Shown: in pieces, positions 29,078 through 35,357 of the stretch | Position numbering within the stretch: position 1 is the stretch's first letter | How the letters are laid out: the number at the start of each line of letters is the position of its first letter | Assembly (NCBI GenBank): GCA_965200155.1 | Contig: CBDATR010000007.1 | Location: forward strand, 1-35,357 | Direction of reading: 5' to 3' | DNA: 35,357 nt | DNA from: Nitrosopumilaceae archaeon | Lineage (GTDB): Archaea > Thermoproteota > Nitrososphaeria > Nitrososphaerales > Nitrosopumilaceae | Program-made: the position numbers and the translations under genes | Notes under the pieces: generated by a model | What the model saw: the letters and a program-made list of their open reading frames with translations, nothing else | Told to the model about the DNA's origin: nothing | Database searches by the model: none

Positions 29078-30327
29078 CTATATCGATACATGATCCATTA
29101 TACGGGCTCATGGACATGTCAGACACCGAGATACGCATTATAGACTCGCCAGCCTTTAGGCGCCTGCACCGCATACGGCAGCTAAGCCAGGCCTATATGG
29201 TGTACCCTTCCGCGTCCCATACACGTTTTGAGCACTCACTGGGCGTATGCCATATGGCAGGTCAGGTAGCCAAGAAGGTTGGCATCGATGAGAAAAAGAT
29301 ACCGCTGGTGCGGCTGGCGGGCCTGCTCCATGACATTGGACATGGTCCCTTCTCCCACCTCTTTGAGCCCGCCATTACCATTACTAACAGAAAGGGCGTG
29401 ACCCATGAAACCATATCTCACCATATAATCAGAAACGAGGAGTGTCTTGTGACCATACTGGGAGAAGACACACTGCGCATAACTGCCATACTTGATCACA
29501 AGCCGGTACCGGGATGGGATACGCGCGAGAGCGCCCTAGCATCGGAAATCATATCCGGTCCCCTGGATGTGGATCGTATGGACTATTTGAGGCGGGACTC
29601 GTATCACCTGGGTGTCTCTTATGGCAAGTTTGATGCGGCCCAGCTGGTTCACTCCATAACCACGACCCCGGATGCGCCAGGCAGGTTATGCATAAGCATG
29701 AAGGGCTGGGGCGCCGCGCAGGGGTACCGACTGAGCCGATTTTTAATGCACGCACAGGTGTATCATCATCATACCATAATGGCCGCAAACCGCATGCTCA
29801 TGTATACGCTGGAGTCTGCCCTGGAAGAGGGTGTACTGGATTCCGGTACCCTGAATATGGAGTCTGATAAATTCCTGGCCAACTACATGATGCTGGATGA
29901 TCAATCATTGGTGAACATGATACTGTCTAATGGTACAGTATCGGCCAGAATGATGGGACGGCTACAGCGGCGAGACATACTAAAGCGTGTATACCAGATA
30001 TACACGGACCGGGATATCCCCGATGCCGGGGCGCGACTCCAGCTTGCAAGAATGACTAATACGCAGTGCGATGAGATGGCTAGAGAGATTGCCGACACGC
30101 TGAATCTGGAGTATCATGATATTATCGCGCATTCCTCGCATATACCAGTCAATCATAACGAGAACCAAATACTGGTATTATGGAAAAATCAGACCGGCAG
30201 CCTGAACCAGCATTCGCCCATGATATCCAGTCATTCGCCCATTGACCGGTTCTATGTATTTGGGCCGGATACCGCTCATGTCAGACAGGGAGTATCAAAG
30301 TACATGAGTGAGCGATTCGGCATATGA
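29074..30327 (+). CDS. HD-domain dNTP triphosphohydrolase (SAMHD1/YwfO-like)
   Basis: IHDPLYG, RLHRIRQL, HTRFEHSLG, LLHDIGHGPFSH, DVDRMDYLRRD and VYHH. Confidence 0.92.
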   Translation: MTISIHDPLYGLMDMSDTEIRIIDSPAFRRLHRIRQLSQAYMVYPSASHTRFEHSLGVCHMAGQVAKKVGIDEKKIPLVRLAGLLHDIGHGPFSHLFEPAITITNRKGVTHETISHHIIRNEECLVTILGEDTLRITAILDHKPVPGWDTRESALASEIISGPLDVDRMDYLRRDSYHLGVSYGKFDAAQLVHSITTTPDAPGRLCISMKGWGAAQGYRLSRFLMHAQVYHHHTIMAANRMLMYTLESALEEGVLDSGTLNMESDKFLANYMMLDDQSLVNMILSNGTVSARMMGRLQRRDILKRVYQIYTDRDIPDAGARLQLARMTNTQCDEMAREIADTLNLEYHDIIAHSSHIPVNHNENQILVLWKNQTGSLNQHSPMISSHSPIDRFYVFGPDTAHVRQGVSKYMSERFGI

Positions 30328-30330
30328 TGG

Positions 30331-31296
30331 CTATTTGAGGGCGCCTATCTCTGCGAGCATTGCCGATATCTGTATCTCCGGATTTGCGCCCGAGAGTATG
30401 CGATAATCGTACTCTGCTATTATCCGTATAATCGCGGAGCGGTCTGCATTCTCCACCTGCATGGCTGACGCGGTTATGTACTTGAGAAAGTCCGACTCGG
30501 ACATGCCGTATACCTTTATGAGCTCGATGGCCCCTTTTCGTGCCTGCGCAAATTTCCCATTAACGGCCATCTCCAGTATGTTATTCACCTCGTTATTCCT
30601 GGATAATCCCACTATATCCTCCAACGTCTCCATGGTTATATTGCCGGACGCCGCACATGTCTGTAGTATGTTTATGGCATGGCGCATGTCCCCTGCTGAA
30701 TGCTGGTATATGGATTCGAGGGCCGCATCCTCGGCTTTTATATTCTCTTTAGTGGCGATATGTGTCAGGTGTTCTATGGCATCCTCCTTTGATACTGCCG
30801 GGAACCGAAATACGGCGCACCGTGACTGGATGGGATCAATTATCTTTGAGACGTTATTGGCTATTAGTATAAAACGACAATATGCCGCGGCATCCTCAAT
30901 GATGCGACGCAGGGCAGTCTGGGCGCCGGACGTCATCTCGTCAGCCTCGTCCAGTATTATTATCTTGAAAGGCACATCCCCGATGCTGGCATACCTTGAG
31001 AAACGCTTGACTTTTTCGCGCACCATGTCTATGCCGCGCTCATCTGAAGCATTGAGCTCCTGAGTGTAGCTTTGGCGGTGCTCGCCCAGTATCTGCTGGG
31101 ATATGCACAGGGCTGCGGTGGTCTTGCCAACACCTGGTGAGCCGGAGAACAGCAGGTGGGGCATCTGGTGAACATCCCGCAGTAATCCCTCCAGACTCCC
31201 GATTACCTCCTTTTGTCCTATTATGTCTGATAGTTTTGATGGGCGGTACTTTTCTACCCACATTACTCCCATGTCGTACAGGGGATACTCCCCCAC
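30331..31296 (-). CDS. rfcS: Replication factor C small subunit
   Basis: WVEKYRP, GSPGVGKTT, ELNASDERG, ILDEAD and QSRC. True start is probably ATG 31272 or 31263. Confidence 0.96.
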   Translation of the reverse strand: MGEYPLYDMGVMWVEKYRPSKLSDIIGQKEVIGSLEGLLRDVHQMPHLLFSGSPGVGKTTAALCISQQILGEHRQSYTQELNASDERGIDMVREKVKRFSRYASIGDVPFKIIILDEADEMTSGAQTALRRIIEDAAAYCRFILIANNVSKIIDPIQSRCAVFRFPAVSKEDAIEHLTHIATKENIKAEDAALESIYQHSAGDMRHAINILQTCAASGNITMETLEDIVGLSRNNEVNNILEMAVNGKFAQARKGAIELIKVYGMSESDFLKYITASAMQVENADRSAIIRIIAEYDYRILSGANPEIQISAMLAEIGALK

Positions 31297-31380
31297 TAAT
31301 AGATATTCGGTATCTGTCTACGTTTGAGGTGATAAATTGTACGGTATGCGTTCACGTTTTCCTTAAATTGCTTAAATTAT

Positions 31381-31479
31381 GTATGAGTTCACCTGTGTCT
31401 AAATTTACGCATAACTGATCGCGACAGTTAAAGAACCGGTTCTTTTGTGCATAAGATTCCGGAAGACGTGAACTCATAC
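31381..31479. mobile_element. MITE copy 12 (99 bp variant)
   Basis: TSD TAAATTAT. Confidence 0.95.
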
Positions 31480-31524
31480 TAAATTATTGCGATTCAGCGT
31501 TCGTGAAGCAAAGCATGGATAAAC

Positions 31525-31584
31525 CACTTGAATATACAAGACTATTCTGTACTGGAAAGCATACGCGAGACATGCAGAACATGG
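31525..31584 (+). pseudogene. IS66-like transposase C-terminal scrap, cut by MITE
   Basis: QDYSVLESIRETCRT; nucleotide similarity to 12476-12545. Confidence 0.45.
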
Positions 31585-31676
31585 GTATGAGTTCACCCGT
31601 GTCTAAATTTACGCATAACTGATCGCGACAGTTAATGTGATTTGTGCATAAGATTCCGGAAGACGTGAACTCATAC
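31585..31676. mobile_element. MITE copy 13 (92 bp, no TSD)
   Basis: Intact TIRs. Confidence 0.92.
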
Positions 31677-31795
31677 TACAAAGTAGTTGGTACACCATTT
31701 CATGCCACTCTGATCAGGGAATAAGTGGTGGATTTTTGTGCGTGATCGTTCTAGAGGCCCATACATGTGCACAGTCATTATACGCCGCTAAACTC

Positions 31796-31887
31796 GTATG
31801 AGTTCACCTGTGTCTAAATTTACGCACAACTGATCGCGACAGTTAATGTGATTTGTGCACAAGATTCCGGAAGACGTGAACTCATAC
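31796..31887. mobile_element. MITE copy 14 (92 bp, no TSD)
   Basis: Intact TIRs; same sequence as copy 3. Confidence 0.92.
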
Positions 31888-32176
31888 TCATGAAGTATTC
31901 CATGTCCATAAAGTGTGGTAGGGTACATGCATCTGTGGATTCAGCCTGTCTGCAATCCCTGTTGTGATATTTTATGGAAAATTACCGCCAAGACTTATGG
32001 TGACTGCTATATGGCGTGTTTCACAAGTCTGGCAAGACGTGGATTATATGGAAATGTGTTACCAGGTGGCATGGATCAGTGGTAATACACTAACGCGTTT
32101 TTGAACTGGTCAGTCTTTTGGTATCCCGATGACCTCAACAAGATTTGTGTGACCCAAACGGTTACGAGCTTGCCTG

Positions 32177-32383
32177 TTAGGTCCATTTATCAGGATTATT
32201 CTTTCGTACCTCTTTGCCGTCTATAGTAACGGTGGTGTCATCTTCCAGAACGGTATGCCACCGACCGTCACTGGGAAATATTTGGTCCATCTCGTATATG
32301 CGCCTACTAGTGGGTGGCTGGTTCATTAGCGCCCCCCATTTCATGTTGTCCACCTTGGGCATGATGTCGTTGATATCTCTCAT
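32177..32383 (-). CDS. Small conserved hypothetical protein
   Basis: [23 protein letters not shown]; ATGA-coupled to the upstream gene. Confidence 0.7.
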   Translation of the reverse strand: MRDINDIMPKVDNMKWGALMNQPPTSRRIYEMDQIFPSDGRWHTVLEDDTTVTIDGKEVRKNNPDKWT

Positions 32384-34035
32384 GATAGCGGTATTATCCC
32401 CTCTTGTATCATGTACTGGAGTGCTGAAATGAATGACTGATCATCGATATCACCGGCGGCCCACCATCCTGCGCTGTTCCTCACCCACTGTGGTATTTCG
32501 GTGTCTGCCTGGTTCCCGGGCTGGGAGTATTGCACCGTTATAATTCCCTCTTGTATCATGTACTGGAGTGCTGAAATGAATGACTGATCATCGATATCAC
32601 CGGCGGCCCACCATCCTGCGCTGTTCCTCACCCAGTCCTGGATGGCCACATCCGTACCCTGGTCGCCCGGCGCCCTTGTGCTAGGACCTATATCCAGCAG
32701 GGCAGTACCTATACCTGCATTGGTGGGATCATAGTCCAGACCGGTCCCATGAACCAGTATGTTCAACATGTACTGGCCCTGGGAGGGAATCATCAAGTTT
32801 TGTGTGTCGATACCCTCTACGGCCAGTATACCAGGATTGTTAGGATCATCACCATGGCCCTCGATTAGCGTCTCCTGGCCATGGTCCAGCCAGTAGCTGT
32901 ACCGCACATCTTTCAGTAAATTCGCCTGTGAGTCAAAGAATGCAATATCAAAGGGTATGCTGTCGCCAGCCCCATACTCAGAGTCCCACTGCACTACTAC
33001 ATCTGTTGGTACACGCTCAAAGTTCTGCAAGTTAACAAGATAGAACTCGGATGTATTCTCCACTATCGAATCTTGCGGCACCAGTTTTAGTGTCATGAGA
33101 TTACTATCATAGTCAGTACCCTGTACCTCGTTTATGTTTGCCAAATCCGTATTGGTAAGCAGAAAGTGAATTACGTTGGTGTCATCATAAGAGTAGGGAT
33201 CATGTATCAGGGCGCGTGATCCTACCTCCACATCATTAACATAACCTATGAACTGCCGCCCCTCCGAGTACGGAACAAACTCTTTTGGCACCCGCACTTC
33301 TTGGTGTACCACAAATACCTGCTCTACATATGAGGGATCCCAGTCAAAGGGCATCTCAAAGTATATGGAGTTATCCGTATCATCATAGTCAAAGTATGTT
33401 ATTTCGTCATAGTATGTCTTGATTACAGTAGGGTACTCGTTTGCGTCCGCGGTACGTATGGTAAAGAACTGATCCTGTGCCACGCTAACAAAGGTGTCAT
33501 ATGATAGGGTGCTCTCTAGTAGCGCCTTGGGACTGGTGGCACCCTCAATGTCTATCTTTATGTTATACAGACCGCCCCGCTCAAATATGGGCCCCGTTAT
33601 TACGGGTCTCTGATCCCCCTGTGCATACAAGGCACCGGGCGCGCTAATGTGCTCGGAACCATAGTAAGTAGTACATCGCCACAGATCTGTTTCAGAGCAC
33701 CCTCCCTTGGGTCGTATCTCCACATCCAGGACGCCATCATTATCATAAAAGAGACTACGCGCCAATAATACGCCGCTCTGGTATACCTCCACACGATAAG
33801 TCACTTGCGGCAGGGTCTGGTTGGTAAGCGTATCAAAGAAGCGTATCTGCATGTTTGCCGTATCCAGCTCCGCGGCCACTAGATCCGAGGGACTAAGCTC
33901 TGTACGTACGGTAACCTCCATATCGCCAAAGGTTACAGCCGGTGCCTGGTCCCCACCCAATCCGTGACCAAATGCTACGGGTACTCCCAAGGCAAGTACT
34001 GCCAATATGGGCACATACAGATTCAATAAATTCAT
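32380..34035 (-). CDS. Exported thaumarchaeal surface protein with two C-terminal WxxNxAGWW repeats
   Basis: Signal peptide (…[12 protein letters not shown]), acidic beta-rich body, and twin [32 protein letters not shown] modules. Confidence 0.85.
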   Translation of the reverse strand: MNLLNLYVPILAVLALGVPVAFGHGLGGDQAPAVTFGDMEVTVRTELSPSDLVAAELDTANMQIRFFDTLTNQTLPQVTYRVEVYQSGVLLARSLFYDNDGVLDVEIRPKGGCSETDLWRCTTYYGSEHISAPGALYAQGDQRPVITGPIFERGGLYNIKIDIEGATSPKALLESTLSYDTFVSVAQDQFFTIRTADANEYPTVIKTYYDEITYFDYDDTDNSIYFEMPFDWDPSYVEQVFVVHQEVRVPKEFVPYSEGRQFIGYVNDVEVGSRALIHDPYSYDDTNVIHFLLTNTDLANINEVQGTDYDSNLMTLKLVPQDSIVENTSEFYLVNLQNFERVPTDVVVQWDSEYGAGDSIPFDIAFFDSQANLLKDVRYSYWLDHGQETLIEGHGDDPNNPGILAVEGIDTQNLMIPSQGQYMLNILVHGTGLDYDPTNAGIGTALLDIGPSTRAPGDQGTDVAIQDWVRNSAGWWAAGDIDDQSFISALQYMIQEGIITVQYSQPGNQADTEIPQWVRNSAGWWAAGDIDDQSFISALQYMIQEGIIPLS

Positions 34036-34516
34036 TTCCTGTGTTCCTTATTTAAATCTCAGAATGGTCTTTGTTGTAACAGAAAGTTGTCGCAAGGTAA
34101 CAATCCATGTTTAGTACGCGTCCGGTCATCTGCGCGTATGAAATAGAAACCGGTACACAGAAATCTTGCTTGGTCCCCACACAAGTAGATATCATCCCTG
34201 TATACCGCATGGTCAGATTCAATGCCATGATAAAGATTGCCATCTAACATATGGCACATTCCACACAAGTCCGGGAAATACAAGACGGGGATTGGATGTG
34301 GCAGGTATTACCAATAGAAGTACGGGAATGACCAAAATCCTGAGTCACAAGTACAGTCATGCGCTACCTTATATGCCATTCATGTATGGCTAATCAAGTG
34401 TAACCACAATAGGAATGATCAAGGTTATACCTGCCCGAACCGTATGTTGCCAGTATATGGAATAGTCCGGCTCCGCGTGGACCATGATACTGTCCCCGGT
34501 TACGTTGCTCTGGCCC

Positions 34517-35065
34517 TCATTTCAGGATAGTGTTACAGTAGTGTAGCCGGGGGGAATTATGCCCGATAGTTGAATCGTAAATGTGGAGCTGGCATTCCTT
34601 AGTGATACAATAGTCTGGGAGTAGGCGGGCGCACTTATCGACTATAACATGTATGGATACGTCATGGGTCGTTTCGTCCGGATATGTCCCGCTAAGCCAA
34701 AAGTGCCCGTCTGACTCCGGTCCCAGCAGTAGCGTGGTCTGGACTATGCCGTATCCAAGTATCTCGCTTGCACCCTGCAGGTCATGAGTGTATGCAGAGA
34801 CATAGCCTGCGGGCAGTATGTTACTCAGTCGTATTGACAAGTTGTCATTATCACCCAGTGTAGTCATGATACCGCCGTACCTATAGGATGACTCATCATC
34901 CTCGGTAACAGTGACGGTTATGGTTCTGGCAAGGCTGTTTTGCGTAGCTTCTATCTTGAACTGACCGTCCGGCTCTGTGCGTATAACCAGCGTGTCAGGA
35001 CTCTCTTCCGGGAATAATGTACTGGTGCCCTCATTCTTCGTTATGGTAACATGATGGCCGGAAGG
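34517..35065 (-). pseudogene. 3' part of a Thr-rich, beta-type (surface?) protein interrupted by IS481 element
   Basis: Frame of ORF 34517-34867 stays open for 66 more codons up to the IS end at 35066. Confidence 0.55.
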
Positions 35066-35357
35066 TGTAATGTATGAAAAGTCGGTCCGCTAGTCATTGG
35101 CATCCCGCTCCATCCATTTTGCATCATTTGCCCTAATTGTCTGGGTCGCCTTTTTATTCCTGAAGCGGTGTTTCGGCGTTATCTATATCCAGTGAGAAGT
35201 GCAACCTTCTCTCATGGTAGTAGTCAACATAATCCCGGAGACTGTCATAATGTCATATCTCATTGGACTCTTAAATAAGAGTCCCCTCGTCCTCAATCAT
35301 TACATGGAAGCGCTCCGGTTTGCCATTTGTCTGCGGGTGGTATTGTCTGGAATTGAT
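35066..35357 (-). mobile_element. Fourth IS481-family copy (right end; runs off window)
   Basis: TGTAATGTATGAAAAGTCGGTCCGCT IR followed by sequence matching the other copies. Confidence 0.88.

Noticed and set aside
2102-31418. Many antisense or overlapping ORFs (e.g. 2102-2590, 22500-23279, 30461-31063)
   Set aside because: Shadows of well-supported genes on the opposite strand or frame.
31381-31887. Three co-oriented repeats with ~105-120 bp gaps resembling a CRISPR-like array
   Set aside because: They are 92-99 bp MITEs, one with its own TSD, and the same element is dispersed in both orientations.
34059-34283. CxxCH (CGMCH) motif suggesting a c-type cytochrome
   Set aside because: Short TTG-start ORF with no signal peptide in a decayed region with competing frames; likely chance.

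Overview
Archaeal DNA, most likely from a Nitrosopumilaceae-type thaumarchaeon (inference from the cobalamin genes, GINS-MCM pair, Hel308, Trm112, RFC and a thaumarchaeal WxxNxAGWW-repeat surface protein). The heavy load of decayed IS elements suggests a host-associated lineage such as a sponge symbiont. The core blocks are pgi/pmi-cbiA, cbiG-cbiX-cbiC, tRNA-Ala(GGC), tRNA-Pro(CGG), a nucleotidyltransferase, fpr, ilvE-oxidoreductase-trm112, hel308-aglH, gins-mcm, udgB-wHTH-HD dNTPase and rfcS. Intergenic zones hold 14 copies of an 83-102 bp MITE (12-bp perfect TIR, 8-bp TSD, probably IS66-derived), four copies of a non-autonomous IS481-type element, and IS66-like transposase scraps. The standout is a ~5.26 kb IS1595-family element (12594-17850), bounded by a perfect 20-bp inverted repeat. 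Besides its transposase it carries a perfect 78.5-copy array of a 14-bp unit inside an ORF that stops 2 bp before a Type IIG restriction-modification gene. This may be a mobile, repeat-switched R-M cassette; that interpretation is a hypothesis.
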